Notes: generated by a model not told the origin, from the letters alone. DNA of 64,000 nt from Leucoraja ocellata (GCA_036785375.1 JAWMAR010000361.1:806001-870000), one strand, 5' to 3'; shown: positions 23,693-36,983, counted from the first letter of the stretch. A program made the numbers and translations.

Positions 23693-24670
23693 GAAACAGG
23701 CCCTTCAACCCATCTAGCCCACAGCGACCCACATGCCCCATCTATACTAGTCCCACCTGCCTGTGTTTGGCCCATATCCCTCCAAAGCTGATCCATCTTT
23801 GTACCTATCCAAATGCCTTATAAATATTGTGATAGTACTTGCCTCAACTACCTTCTCTGGCACCTCGTTCCATATACCCATCAATAGACAATAGACAAAA
23901 GACATATAGGTGCAGGAGTAGGCCATTCGGCCCTTCGAGCCAGCACCGCCATTCACTGTGATCATGGCTGATCATCTACAATCAGTACCCCGTTCCTGCC
24001 TTCTCCCCATATCCCCTGACTCCGCTATCTTTAAGAGCTAACTCTCTAACTCTCTCTTGAAATCATCCAGAGAATTGGCCTCCACTGCCTTCTGAGGCAG
24101 AGAATTCCACAGATTCTGAACCCTCTGTGTGAAAAAGGTTTTCCTCATCTCCGTTCTAAATGGCTTACCCCTTATCCTTAAACTGTGGCCCCTGGTTCTG
24201 GACTCCCCCAACATCGGGAACTTGTTTCCTGCCTCTAGAGTGTCCAAACCCTTAATAATCTTATATGTTTTGATAAGATCCCCTCTCATCCGTCTAAATT
24301 CCAGAGTATACAAGCCCAGACACTCCATTCTAACAACCTATGACAGTCCTGCCATCCCGGGAATTAACCTCGTGAACCAATGCTGCACTCCCTCAATAGC
24401 AAGAATGGCCATCCTTTGTGTGAAAAAAGGTTGGACATTCCTCAGTTTCCTGTTAAATCTTCCTCTTCTCACCTTACACCGATGTCCTCTGATTCTTGAT
24501 TCCCCTGCTCTGGGTAAAAGATTCTGTGCATTTACCCAATCTATTTTTTCCATGCTCTTGTACACCTCTATAAGATCACTGCTCGTCCTCCTGCGCTCCA
24601 AGATAAAAGTCCTAGCCTGCTCGACCTCTCACTGTAGCTCAGGCCCTCAAGTCATGGCAACATCCTCGTA
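23693..24670 (-). mobile_element. Nested CR1 fragments (insert ~23882-24407 with (TATTGTC)n tail inside an older CR1)
   Basis: ORFs 24038..24328 and 24338..24601; CCATC repeated at both insert junctions. Confidence 0.85.
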
Positions 24671-25171
24671 AAATGTGTCTTTGTTTCCTTTGCTATATCT
24701 GAAGCAACATCCAAAATAATCATTGTTTAAAAAGATTGTCGGTTTGGAGGAGCCATGAATTGGGAGGGCTTGGCAAGGTAACAACTCAAGAGCAACAACT
24801 GATGGGGATGTGGCTCTTTCACCCAGGTTCACATCCCCTACAAGTTGATACAACCTCCTCTGCAAAAGTTCCTGCTGGAGAATACTGTATCTAATCACAG
24901 CCTAACAGTGGTCCCCATGGGCATAAATCCACTATAACTAGTCTAACATGGGACAGGAACAACACATTGACTGGTGGGACTCTGGGAAGTGTTGTGGAGC
25001 TGAGGGATCTAGGACTACAGGTACATTCTGTAATTTCTTGAAAGTGGCATCACAGGTAGATAGGGTGGTCAAAAAGGCTTTTGGCACATTGACCTTCATC
25101 AGTCAGAGTATCGAGTACAGGAATGTGTAAGAAGGAACTGCAGATTAAACTGAAGGTTAAACTGAAGATAG

Positions 25172-25751
25172 ATGTCCTTTTATCGGTGCTCCATTGAGAG
25201 CATACTAACATACTGTGTATGCGTGTGGTACACCAGCTGCACAGCGGCTCAGAGGAAAGCGCTCCAGAGGGCCATTGACAACGCCCAGAGGATTGTCGGC
25301 TGCCCTCTCCTTACCTTGGAGGACTTACACAGTTCCTGCTGCACCAAAAAATCCCAGAGTATCATAAAGGACATTTCCCACCCCGGACACTCCCTGTTTG
25401 AACTGTTGCCGTCAGGCAGACGGTACAGATCTACAAGGACAAGGACGAACAGACTAAAAAACAGTTTTTACCCCACTGCTATAAAAGCACTAAATGTAGC
25501 CGCCAAGGAACGCAGGGGCGATACAGACTAAGGGACTGTGGTACACTGTGAAATCGACAGAAGGATGAAGGGTTGGGTGTGTATGCGTGATATTTTTGTG
25601 ATATTTATTTTAGTTGTTTATCTTTTAATATTTTACCTTGTATGTATCGTTAGCTTTTAAAAATGTTTGAATGGTGCACTGACTGGCTGACATTTTTAAA
25701 TTTCGTTGTACATGGTTCATGTTACAATGACAATAAAGAAACTATTCTATT
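25172..25751 (+). mobile_element. Young Rex1/Babar LINE 3' end inserted in a PLE fold-back unit
   Basis: Open 119-aa frame FYRCSIESILTYCVCVWY..HPGHSLFELLPSGRRYRS..NSFYP; (CTATT)n tail; host GAAGATAGA|CACAAAA split with TAGA duplicated. Confidence 0.9.
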
Positions 25752-25801
25752 CTAGACACAAAAAGCTGGAGGAACTCAGCGGGACAGGCAGCATCTCTGG
25801 A

Positions 25802-25829
25802 CTGAAGAAGGGTCTCAACCCGAAACGTC
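25802..25829 (+). ncRNA. Minimal hammerhead-ribozyme-like motif
   Basis: CTGAAGA-A-GGGT(CTCA)ACCC-GAAA-CG-TC. Confidence 0.4.
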
Positions 25830-26301
25830 ACCCATTCCTTCACTCCAGAGATGCTGCCTGACCCGCTGAATTATTCCAGTATTTGGTGCCTATTTTCATT
25901 GTAAACCAGCATCTGCAGTTTCTTCCTTCACAATGCCATGGGTTCGTCGAACAATGCGTAGAGTTTATTAAAGAAAATATCTGTTCAGCACACCCCAAAT
26001 GCTGTGGTGATGATAATTTTAGATCATTTTACCTTATTTTGATATCTTTAATTGTAATGTTTTATCAGTTTGGATTTCCAAGATGCTTGTTAAACTCATC
26101 TGCAGGTAATTATCTAAGATTGAGAATGCAAAGGAATTGTTTGCAATTGTTACAAATCTCCTTGGCGTTTATTTTCCAGTGTGATTAGTTTTCATGCTTT
26201 GAAGTTGCAATGCTATTTCTGTGGAAATCATCTTCAGAAACTGCTTTTGGAACAGGTGCAGGGAGCTTATAGTTGCAGAACCAATTCCCTTTCAAACATA
26301 C

Positions 26302-26394
26302 CTTTCCATTAGTCAATAACTCGGATGACCTCAAATGCTGGAACAAAGCTGCCTGAACGGTTCGCCAATCCTTGCTCAATTTCTTGCTCCGAGT
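26302..26394 (-). CDS. Candidate internal exon (93 nt, phase 0-0), TRSKKLSKDWRTVQAALFQHLRSSELLTNGK
   Basis: Acceptor CTTTTTTCTTTTTGGCTGATTCCAG|, donor AAG|GTATGT; only frame 0 open; lies in a ~3-kb repeat-poor island. Confidence 0.5.
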
Positions 26395-29124
26395 CTGGAA
26401 TCAGCCAAAAAGAAAAAAGTGGATCCCTTGAAATGTCATTGTGGGCTGGTTGCAGGAGATAAGCGAATGATATTTTGCAGGCAGGCACTAATCATATTTG
26501 AACATATTTAATATTATTCTTTTTATCTGCTCATACCACTGATACTGGGAAGTTCAAAGCTAGAATTGTAAATCGTCTTAGCTCGGGAATGTGATAAAAA
26601 GGGTCACCTCTTTCTCTTTCCATGTGTTCTATCGGAAAAGAATTATCAATAGTACCCAGTAAAGCAGTTTTTTAAAACACAGAATGGCAGGTTCCCTAAA
26701 TGATGCAAGTTCATTATCGTTGTGTATGAATGCTCCATAAACCAGATTCTCTTCCCAATTTCCCTTTTTTGTTCGATCATATCTCATGTTCCATGTTGCA
26801 AGACCTGAGACTGTCAATTTCTTAAATTGTGAAGCAAGGGTTTGATTTTAATTTGCAATTAATGCTCTGTCTAGTTTCAATCAAAACCATTGTCGCCCTT
26901 TTCCTATACATTGGGTTACGACTCATCTATATTTCTTTGAAATTAATGAGCAAGTTGAGTTAAATTTACTGAACAGCAGATTGATGAAACATTCGCAAAC
27001 TATTGCTTTTTGCATATTTGAAGTTCAGCATCTGCGGTTCCTTATTTCTACCTTTTGTTGCTTCACTAAATCTCCCAAGGTATGCATGCCTATGCTAGGT
27101 CTGTCTGTGGCACAGGTGGAACACTACAGATAGGAAGAATTATGCATTGATCCTTCACAAACTTATTACTAGGTAATGTTACAGAAGTCTATCAAATATT
27201 TCAAAGTTATTTGAAAATAGCCTTCAATTTTTGATTATTTTATTCTGCCTCACTTTAATCAACCTTCATAGATTACAATTAAGGATCAGAAATGTTCTGG
27301 TATTCTTTAATGTCTCTTTTATTTTTTCATCAAATATCTTCTTGGTCAGACTGAAAGAAGCCTTGAATCTCACAGCACCACTGTGGCAGAGATGCTGCAA
27401 TGCTTCTTTTGAAACTAACTGGCTCAGTCTTATCTCAGCAAACAGGTCCTGCTGTGTTCTGTAGTACACAGCTTAGACTCACATCAACCAAGCAAACATG
27501 AGAGATGGGGGGGGGGGGGGGGGGCAGTTTTGTAAGGCTGATAGAATTCACTGGCAAGACTGGGCAGGTGATTCTCAGTGGTCAAAGATAACACTGAGCC
27601 AAGTTCACAAATCCACAGAGTGGGCTGGCGAAGAAGTGAGTCAGGCATTTTTTGGTCAACATTAACTCAGGACCAAACAATGTTGGCATGCATTTTGGAA
27701 GATGAGAATTTGATCTTTCGCAGTGGATTTCGATTCATTGCGGCTTCAAAGGGTCTTTCTGCATTTCCTAATGTAAAGTTGGGAGCTGATTTAGAAACAT
27801 GCCATTCAAAACAATCACGGCAAATGAATACACCATGATATATGAGCACAGTGATAAGACAGTTCTGATTAACTTGATAAAGTTCATTTAAATTATTGTA
27901 GGGGGAGGAATGCATGAGCGTGCATGCCAGTGGGTCAGACAGCAATATTTCATGCTCCCAAACAAAATAAACCTGGAGTTTCGTAACAATTTTATACATT
28001 AAAGCATCTACATTTCAAGGTGATCACTCAATTAGCATATAGACATGACACAGGGGTGCAGGAGTAAATGTCATCCTGTGACTTGTTATGTTTTCAGCTT
28101 CACAGACAGGTTATACAAATAGATTATCCTGCTAGTAACTATTAAAAGGCACATCTTCCAAGTATTAACGCCTGTCTTTCTTGTAGCCAGCTCGCCAAGT
28201 AATAGCTCTGCCAGTGGCAGATAAACAGCACGGTTCAGTTGGGAACACAACACAGCGTTTTATCTGATGTTGTTTATTTTGTATCTTGTATTCTTTAATA
28301 GTGAAGATATGGGTATCCGCTATCTTGCTGCTGTTGTGGTTGAATTGCAATGTGCCCAAGTCTACGGCAGATATTGGTAATGAAATCATTAAACTGTCTT
28401 TGATAACAAAAACCTTCAACATTTTTTTAAAATAAGGCCTTAAATCCTTCACAAGACAGAGTGGAGCCCCTTCCCCCAGCCTTACGCAGGGGAGAATACT
28501 GGGCACTGTCAGAATACAAATCTTCTGCGAAGGGGAAACACTATCACTCTACCTCTGAAATGGGTGCAATATTTTAGGGGATGGGGGGTTCGGGAAACAA
28601 AAAGAAAATCAATAACAGGAATAAATGTTGAAGCATTGTTTATTTGGGTAATCTTGAAGTTATTGAAGCTGAACAGGTAGAGGTTTTATTTTGTGTCAGT
28701 TGTACTTATCAACAGCTTGGAGGTTGAAATTAATATTAGAACTGGAGCTCAGGATCTAGGCCAGGTCCCTATTGTAGCATTTAGCAATACGATGTTGGTG
28801 AAGATGCAGATGAAATATTAAACTGCACTTCAGTTGCCTCTTCCATTGCTCCAGTTGAATGTCAAAGAATCCTAAACCAAAGATTATCTGAGAGCAAGTC
28901 TTTCCCCCAGTGTCCCAACCAACCTTCCTTTTTCAATTAACACCACTAAAAATATCATCTCCTCTTCTTAAGCAATCTCTCTAGGGTGATACACAAGGAA
29001 ATGCAGATGTTGGGATCATTGAGATAAGACAAAGTGCGGGGGGGACTCAGCGAGTCAGGCAGCATGTGTGCAGAGAATGTCTTGGGACCCTTCATCCAGA
29101 CAGAGGATGACTTGTCCTTATTAT

Positions 29125-29420
29125 AGTTTGGTTTAGTTTAGTTTAGAGATACACCACGGAAACACCGAGTCCTCGCTGACCAGTGATCCCCGCACACTTA
29201 TACTATCCTACACACACTGGGGACAATTACATTGATACCAGGCCAATTAACTTACACACTCTATGCTGTTGGAGTGTGGGAGAAAACAGGAGATCCTGGA
29301 GAAAACTCACACAGGTCACGGGGAGAACGTATAAACTCAATACAGATAGTACCCATAGCCAGGGTCAATCCTGGGTCTCTTGCATTGTAAGGCAGCAACT
29401 CTACCACTGTACCGACCGTC
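29125..29420 (-). mobile_element. V-SINE
   Basis: Head, V-domain and (AAACT)n tail on minus strand. Confidence 0.85.
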
Positions 29421-29829
29421 AGTGTTATGCATTCTTGGTGAGCTATGAGTCCTGCACACAATCTGTAGACACCAACACCGATGGGACAAGTGTTGTTTGA
29501 CAAGGTCGGTGAAGAGGGCATTATTTCCGGTTACATTTGGCTGTGTTCCCATCAGGGAGACGCAAGGTCTCACCTTCACCTCACCAGGTATTGCTCCTCT
29601 GGTTCGAGCAGACAGCAATCTGGTAAGGTTTTATATTTTCTCAAGGATTCCTTCTCCATCTTCTTAAAATCTCATGGAGTAAAGAGCTCATTCCAGGAGT
29701 CTGGTGTGGGGCCTGCAGACAATGTGGTCATCCCAACCCTCTCCCTGGAACTGGTTGGTTGTGTGAACAAAGCAGACGCTGACCCAGGAGATGACAACAA
29801 CATTCATCTGTCTAAGATGCCACTAACAT

Positions 29830-30190
29830 CATAAGACATAGAAGCAGAATTAGGCCATTCGGCCCATGGAGTCTGCTCTGCATTTGATTACTGCTGATCT
29901 ATTTTTCCCTCTCAACCACATTCTCCTGCCCACCCCTCCGTAACCTTTGACACCCTTCCTAATCAAGAACCTATCAATAACTACTTTTAAAATACTGAAT
30001 GACATGACCCCCACCACCGCCATTGGGTAATAAATTCCACAGATTCACCGCCGTCTTGGTAAAGAAATTCCTCCTCATCTCCATTCGAAAGGTATGTCCA
30101 TTTATTCTAAGGCTGTGCCCTCCGGTTCTAGGCCCAACTGCTAGTGGAAACATCCACTCAACATCCACGCTATCTAGGCCTTTCATTATT
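29830..30190 (-). mobile_element. CR1 3' end
   Basis: ORF 29974..30261 YQIMKGLDSVDVEWMFP..GHSLRING..RNFF. Confidence 0.85.
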
Positions 30191-31015
30191 TGGTATTTAC
30201 ACTGGGAACAACCTCTCTGATCCTGCTCTAGATTAAAGCTAACATTGGATCCAACATCCATCTTAGACCAATGGGTTGGAAGACATCTGGAAGGAAAATT
30301 ATTTATTTTTAAATTAGACTAATAGTTTTATCATTCATTAATGATTTGGATGGTTTCATGTTTGTTTTCTAACATTGTTAATAATGACAATTTTCATGAA
30401 TTATAAATGCTTTTGATTGTCACCAAGGCCCTTTTGCTGGACAGACCACCTCCCTGGAATGTGGGAGTGAGGTTTCAGATCTATTAGCTGAGCCACACTA
30501 CCGCCTCAACATGTACGAAGATGATTCGTACAGGGAGGTTATGCTCACAAGGAAAAAACATTTGATTGCAACCACTGAAATCTCCACTTTGTTTTCCCAT
30601 CACAGTATGCATCATTGAAGCAATGCCGTGACACTACTAGTAAGAGACCCATTACACAGAAGGAAAGCACTTGAGACTATCTTCATATGAATAATTCATT
30701 CATTTCAAGACACATTTGTTAATGCACCCCTCCAGGAATCCCAAAGCTTCCTGGATTTCCAGACATGTTTAATTACTCTCAACCTGCTTAGCGCAGTGTG
30801 GGTGCGATTGTTTCCCATGAAACTTTAATATGTTATTTGAAAATTGCAGCTTGTTCAGTAAGGCAGCATATACCATGTGAAGTAGAAACGTCTGCTATTA
30901 ATGAGTGAACTGCTAACATAGATGTCAAATTAATCCGCTTGATTTGGAACATTTCCTGAAAAGTAGAAACCTTATTTGATAAAGGGTTGAAAACGCTGTG
31001 AATTTCTCCCTTCTA

Positions 31016-31434
31016 ATTCTACTGCAGTTGTACAGGGTCTTGGTGAGACCACACCTGGAGTATTGCGTACAGTTTTTGGTCTCCAAATCTGAGGAAGGAC
31101 ATTATTGCCATAGAGGGACAAGGGGTCACAGCTTAAGGATAAGGGGGAAATCCTTTAAAACCAAGATGAGAAGAACTTTTTTCACACAGAGAGTGGTGAA
31201 TCTCTGGAACTCTCTGCCACAGAGGGTAGTTGAGGCCAGTTCATTGGCTATATTTAAGAGGGAGTTAGGTGTGGCCCTTGTGGCTAAGGGGATCAGGGGG
31301 TATGGAGAGAAGGCAGGTACGGGATACTGAGTTGGATGATCAGCCATGATCATATTGAATGGCGGTGCAGGCTCGAAGGGCCGAATGGCCTACTCCTGCA
31401 CCCAATTTCTATGTTTCTATGTTTCTATGTTTCT
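31016..31434 (+). mobile_element. Young CR1 3' fragment with internal deletion
   Basis: LLQLYRVLVRPHLEYCVQF joined to TRGHSLRIRG..GTGY*; (TTTCTATG)n. Confidence 0.95.
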
Positions 31435-31504
31435 AATCTTGAGATATTTAAATCAATTGTCGCACCTGTTACTGGGTGTGCAGACTGGACACTCTACTTG
31501 GCTC

Positions 31505-31855
31505 TGTCCAGAAAATTTTCCACCCAAAACATCACCCATTCCTTCTCTATAGAGATGCTGCCAGTCTTGCTGAGTTACTCCAGCATTTTGTGTCTATCGT
31601 TTTGGCACTGTCAAGGTTAGGGGGTTCAACTATTTTTTTTTTTACTGAACATATTCATTGCAACCAATTTAATGGCATATAGGAGCAAAACAAAGTGCTG
31701 GAGGAATTCAGTGGGTAAGGCAGCATCTGAGGGGGGAATGGACAGGCAACGTTTCAGGTCAGGTGTCTTCGTCAGTCTGAAGAAGAGTCCTGAGCCGAAA
31801 TATCATCTGTCCATTCCTTCCATGGCTGCGGCCAGACCCACTGAGTTCCTCTAGC
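31505..31855. mobile_element. PLE terminal-repeat half unit plus older fold-back unit
   Basis: Similarity to the other copies; inverted arms at ~31680-31855. Confidence 0.7.
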
Positions 31856-31859
31856 GCAT

Positions 31860-32087
31860 GATAGAGTCATAGTCATAGAGTGATACAGCATGGAAACAGG
31901 CCCTTCGGCCCAACTTGCCCACACCGGCCAACATGTCCCAGCTACACTAGTCCCACCTGGCTGCGTTTGAACCATATCCCTTCAAACCTGTCCTATCCAT
32001 GTACTGGTCTAACTGTTTCTTCAATGTTGGGATAGTCCTAGCCTCAACTACCTCCTTTGGCAGTTTGTTCCATACACCTACCACCCT
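31860..32087 (-). mobile_element. CR1 3' end, (CTATGACT) subfamily
   Basis: Near-identical to 13514-13740. Confidence 0.9.
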
Positions 32088-32149
32088 GTGTATGATGTTT
32101 TGCTCAAGATTCTAGCATCTGCAGTTTATTGTATCTCTGTGTGGCTTTC

Positions 32150-32408
32150 TTGTTGTTTGCCACTTACCAACCCCGAACTGAAGGTTGTCCGTGGAGAAAG
32201 GACCTGCAGGCAGGTAGGAAGCAGCACAACAACATATGGTTCAAGACCCCTGGATGCCAGGCCCCAAAACCACAAAATGGTCAATGGCAACAGCAGCACA
32301 CTCCCCAATCCAATGGCCAGAGACAACTTCACCTGTGGGAGCTGTGGAAGGGTCTGCCCGTCACGAATAGGCCTAGTCAACCACAGCTTAAAATGCAACC
32401 ACAAATGA
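32150..32408 (+). mobile_element. RTE (BovB-like) LINE C-terminal zinc-finger remnant
   Basis: FTCGSCGRVCPSRIGLVNHSLKC matches the CxxC..SRIGL..H..C end of RTE-BovB ORFs. Confidence 0.7.
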
Positions 32409-32409
32409 A

Positions 32410-32635
32410 TGAAAGAGTGAATCTGGGGAATTCTTTGCCACAAAAGGCTGTGGAGGCCAAGTCAGTGGATATATTTAAGGCAGAGATAGATAAATTCTTG
32501 ATTAGTATGGGTGTCAGAGGTTATGGGGAGAAGGCAGGAGAATGGGGTTAGGAGGGAGAGATGAATGATGGAGTAGACTTGATGGGCCGAACGGCCTAGT
32601 TCTTCCCCTATCATTTATGATCTTTTGATCTTATG
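32410..32635 (+). mobile_element. CR1 3' end, (TTATGATC) tail
   Basis: RVNLGNSLPQKAVEAKSVDIFKAEIDKFL..GYGEKAGEWG*. Confidence 0.85.
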
Positions 32636-33279
32636 TTGAAACATTTCCCTTTCCCAAAGGCAATGTAAAGGCCATGCCAGTATCTTTCGCGGAATGATGA
32701 ATCCCAACCCAAACCCAACCCAACACAACCTATGTCTTGCACCATCCATGCATGGATTGCGTCATTACGAGAGGAGTTGCAAATTAAAATGGACATTAAA
32801 CTATCATGAGTAAACATCCTCATTCCCGGTCAAATAATAGTGAGGAAATTATTTATGAGCCATTTATGGCTGAGTTTGTGACGTTGCAGTGGGGAGCTCC
32901 TCTACCAATATTTTCTGGTGAAGCTGATTGATCTATGAATAACTATCTTGTTTTGTGTAGGAAGGAACTGCAGATGCTGGTTTAAACCGAAGATAGACAC
33001 AAAAATCTGAAGTAACTCAGCGGAATAGGCAACATCTCTGGAGAGAAGGAATGGGTGACGTTTCGGATCTGAAGAAAGGTCTTGACCCAAAACGTCACCC
33101 ATTCCTTCTCATTCGATCATTCCTTCGTTCATTCTATCTGGTTTTGTGTGTGGTATGTCTCCAGCCAGTTGAGGCGTCTCTCTTCGATTCCCATTTACAT
33201 CAATTTTACAAGCAGTCCTTAATGCCACACTTAATCAAGTGATTACTTAATATCCAAGTGGTAGAGATAAAAGTAGCCA

Positions 33280-33950
33280 AAGTAGAGATAGATGAAATGT
33301 TTACGTTCTATAAATATCACCAGCAACTTGTCCTGGACCACCCATATCGAAGCAATGGCCAAGAAAACATACCAATGCTTTTACTTCCTCAGAAGGCTTT
33401 GGAAGTCTGACATGCCACCAATATCTCTTGCCAACTTCTACAGATGTGCCGTAGAAAGCATTTTATTGGGATGTACCACAGCATGGTTTGGGAACAACTC
33501 CATCCAAGACCACAAGAAATTGCAGAGAATTGCAGCCCAGACCATCACACACACCACATTGACTATTTGCACTTCACGCTGCCTCAGCAAGGCCACCTGC
33601 ATAATCAACGGCAAGTCTCACCCTGATCACTCCCTCTTCTCCCCTCTCCCATCAGGCAAGAGTGTGAGTATGCACACCTCCAGATTTTTCAGCTGCTTCT
33701 TTCCAGCTGGTGTCAGTCAACTGAACCATTCTACCAACAACTAGAGAGCAGTCCTGAGCTCTACCTCATTGAAGGCTATTGGAGTATCTTTAATTGGACT
33801 TTACTGGATGGTATCTTGCACTTATCAATATTCCCTTTATCATGTATCTGTACACTGTGTATGGCTCAATTGTAATCATGTATAGTCTTTCTGCTGACTG
33901 GTTAGCACAACACAAAATATTTTTACTGTACCTCAGTAGACATGAATTCA
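33280..33950 (+). mobile_element. Rex1/Babar LINE 3' fragment with 3' UTR
   Basis: ORF 33292..33744 NLSWTTHI..YFLRRL..NFYRCAVESILLGC.TAWFGN..HPDHSLFSPLPSG. Confidence 0.9.
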
Positions 33951-34779
33951 CCATTGACTTGCCACTGGCATCCAGGTAGTGTTTTCCTGTTTGGACCGCA
34001 GCTCTATAGGGGTTGCAAACACAATGGTCCATGCAAAAGCCGACGAGGATACACAAAGTGCTGGAGTAACACAGCGGGTCAGGCAGCAGCTCTGGAGAAA
34101 AAGGATGGGTGATGTTTGGCCCTGGCCCTTCCACTGTGGGGAGGCTATTGGGTAGGAAGTGTCACTTTGTACCACAGCTGCTGGTGCTTTCTGTCAATTC
34201 CCTGATAATTGACCAAAGCCTCATCGAATGCTCAGTAGCTTGATTGGATTTGTTCTGCTTTTTTGAGTGAACCGGCCATGAGCTGGGCCAATTTCCAATT
34301 AAGATTACAGGAAATTCTTCAGATTTTATTTTCGCTTTCATGTTTTGGATTACATCATTGTTGAGCATGCAATCTTTCCTGGAGCCTCTTTCTCCATCTG
34401 CTTACATTCAGTTGCCTATCAACTTTCATGCTCAGATATGATACAACTGCAGAGCTTTGAACTGGGCGATTTACTAACTCTGCTTACAGCGTTACAGTGC
34501 CACTGTTTATCACACATTTAGGTCCCGTTTCATAGATCCATCAGGTAGCCTACTCTTCTGTATGCCTGAGGCAGTTCCTGGCATGCATTCTGTGCTACTG
34601 TTTGAAGTAGGGTCGGCCCCCGGGCTTCATAGCAGTGATAGGATGAGGCTGTGAGTTTACACATTACAGTGCAATGTAGTTCTGCTGAGGCTACTCATAG
34701 TTTCAGAGTAGCCTGTTTAGTCGCTGCTAGCTTTGACCTGAATCTATCGCGGTTGGTGGAATGACATGCTTCTGCATAC

Positions 34780-35145
34780 AAAGATAGACACAAAAAAGCT
34801 GGAGTAACTCAGCGGGACAGACAGCATCTCTGGAGAGTAGGAATTGGTGACATTTCAGGTCGAGACCCTTCTTCAGACCCTAACGTCACCCATTCCTTCT
34901 CTTCAGAGATGCTGCCTGTCTCGCTGAATCACTACAGCTTTTTGTGTCTATCGCTGAATTAATTGTGCTGGTTTACCAAGGAAAGACATTAAATGCTGGA
35001 GTAACTCAACAGGTCAGGCAGCTTCCCTGGAGAACATGGATAGGTGACAATTGGCGAAGAAGGGTCCCGATCCAAAACGTCACCTATCCATTCCCTCCAG
35101 AGATGTCGCCTGACCCATTGAGTTACTCCAGCATTTTGTGTTATT
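34780..35145. mobile_element. Two adjacent PLE-derived fold-back units
   Basis: Inverted arms at ~34780-34950 and ~34965-35145. Confidence 0.8.
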
Positions 35146-35177
35146 CTCTTATATAAAACATTCCAAATCCCACCCAC

Positions 35178-35650
35178 AGGAGCGTTTACAAGGATGTTGC
35201 CAGGGCTACAGGTTCTGAGCTATGGGGAGAGGTTGAGTCGGCTGGGACACCGTCCCTGGAGTGCAGGAGGATGAGGGGTGATCTTATAGAGGTGTATAAA
35301 ATCATGAGAGGAATAGATCAGGTAGATGCACAGTCTTGCCCAGAGTAGGAGAATCGAGGACCAGAGGACGTAGGTTTAAGGTGAAGGGGGGAAAGATTGA
35401 ATAGGAATCTGATGGGTAACTTTTTCAGACAAAGGGCGGTGGGTGTATGGAATGAGCTGCCAGAGGAGGTATTTGAGGCAGGGACTATCCCAACATTTAA
35501 GAAATAGTTAGACAGGTACATGGATAGGACAGGTTTGGAGGGATATGGACCAAACGTAGGCAGGTGGGACTAGTGTAGCTGGGACATGTTGGCCAGTATG
35601 GGCAAGTTGGGCCGAATGGCCTGTTTCCATACTGTATCACTCTATGACTC
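35178..35650 (+). mobile_element. CR1 3' end, (CTATGACT) subfamily
   Basis: RFTRMLPGL..YGERL..RGDLIEVYKIMRGID; tail TCACTCTATGACTC. Confidence 0.9.
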
Positions 35651-35839
35651 CATTCCCCTATATGGTTGTATGAAAATTCAGCTGCAAATAATGCTTTAAG
35701 TCACCAAAATCCCAATTTCACAATATTGATTGCTTAAAGATGGAACTTAAAATATGGTTACAGTGGATGAATGTGGGTGTGGCTTCATGTTGTCCTCCAT
35801 ATCTGCTCTGCTCAGTTGTGGGGACCTGGAACGAGACCA

Positions 35840-35989
35840 AGAAACGCCGCGACCTACTTGTGTACCTACGACCTCCTACGACCTCCCACGACCTTCCCAC
35901 GACCTCGTGGCGACCATGCTGTGAGTATGAGTCAAGGGCAAACTCGGCAGATGTTCGTGGAATAGGTGGTGAAAGTGGGACAGGCCCTT
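35840..35989. mobile_element. Harbinger-type MITE end
   Basis: (CGACCT)-rich body like 21019-21269; ends AAGTGGGACAGGCCCT. Confidence 0.7.
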
Positions 35990-36284
35990 GAAATGTCGGG
36001 ATAGTCCCTGCCTCAACTATCTCCTCTGGCAGCTTGTTCCGTACACCCAACGCCCTTTTGTGTGAAAACATTTCATCTTCAAAGTTTCAAAAGCCGTTTC
36101 TCGGCAAGAGACTCGTGCCCCTAAATCCAGTGAGTTGACAGGTTTGCTTGTTGCAGTCAGCAGCAGCAGCACCAACACTCAACAGGTTTTGATCTTTGTA
36201 ATTTATTTCAGGGCTAAGAAAAGGAAGAGGCACTCTGACATGCACCATGGTGACAGCAGATGTTCGGTTATTATCAGTTCATAC

Positions 36285-36326
36285 CATCATCCTCCCTCCG
36301 ACTGCACTCTGGCGCTGCTGGAGAGG
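36285..36326 (-). CDS. Candidate 42-nt exon (PLQQRQSAVGGRMM in phase 0 or SPAAPECSRREDD in phase 1)
   Basis: Acceptor CTCTCTCTGTTCACCCTACTTAG|, donor ATG|GTATGA; frame-preserving. Confidence 0.25.
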
Positions 36327-36983
36327 CTAAGTAGGGTGAACAGAGAGAGCTACTGAGAGCCTGGCCTGTTCTCATGGTGATAGGATGCAGCTGTCGAGGG
36401 CTGGATTTCCCTTCAACCCATAAATGGGTTGTCAGCCTGATCTCTGTCAGCGTGGGAGAACAGCAAAAACCAGCTGCAGTTAGAGGAGCAAACAAAACCT
36501 CGCTGCACCTCACACTGAACAAAAATTCAGTGCAAGAAAAATAAGTTTACTGCAGTTCAGATTCAGTTGCAATAGTAAATAAAACACGTTGAATTAATTG
36601 TTCTTTATTGGCACTAATAATTCTTTTTTTAAAGACTCCTTGATTGAGATACGGACATTCAGGCTTCTGGCTTGTTGTTTTCCATGGTTTGTTGATCACT
36701 TTACTATGGTGCTTTGCAATTTCTCTGTTTCAATGATATGCTCCGAGTAAAGGAATTTGCCACAGTCACAAACTGTCGTCCAGATTAGCACAATTAGGTT
36801 TAACCCTTTTACTGTGAGTTAAAAGCACTTCGTACCTACATAAATAAGTCAAATAACACTGAACTTTAACATAATTGTGATAATTATAGCAAGGTGATCG
36901 TATCGTGACTGCCTATCCTTAGGAATTTTCTTTTACTGCCAACGGATGTGAGTTTTCTTTTGACACAAAGAGATAGAGGTACA

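Noticed and set aside
29481-29834. 117-aa ORF in unassigned sequence
   Set aside because: No splice signals or recognisable motif; may be a decayed LINE but I cannot assign it.
36211-36249. Plus-strand exon encoding NLS-like AKKRKRH
   Set aside because: Weak donor (GTGACA) and no consistent plus-strand chain; similar isolated plus candidates near 16880-16960 and 39066-39094 were also dropped.
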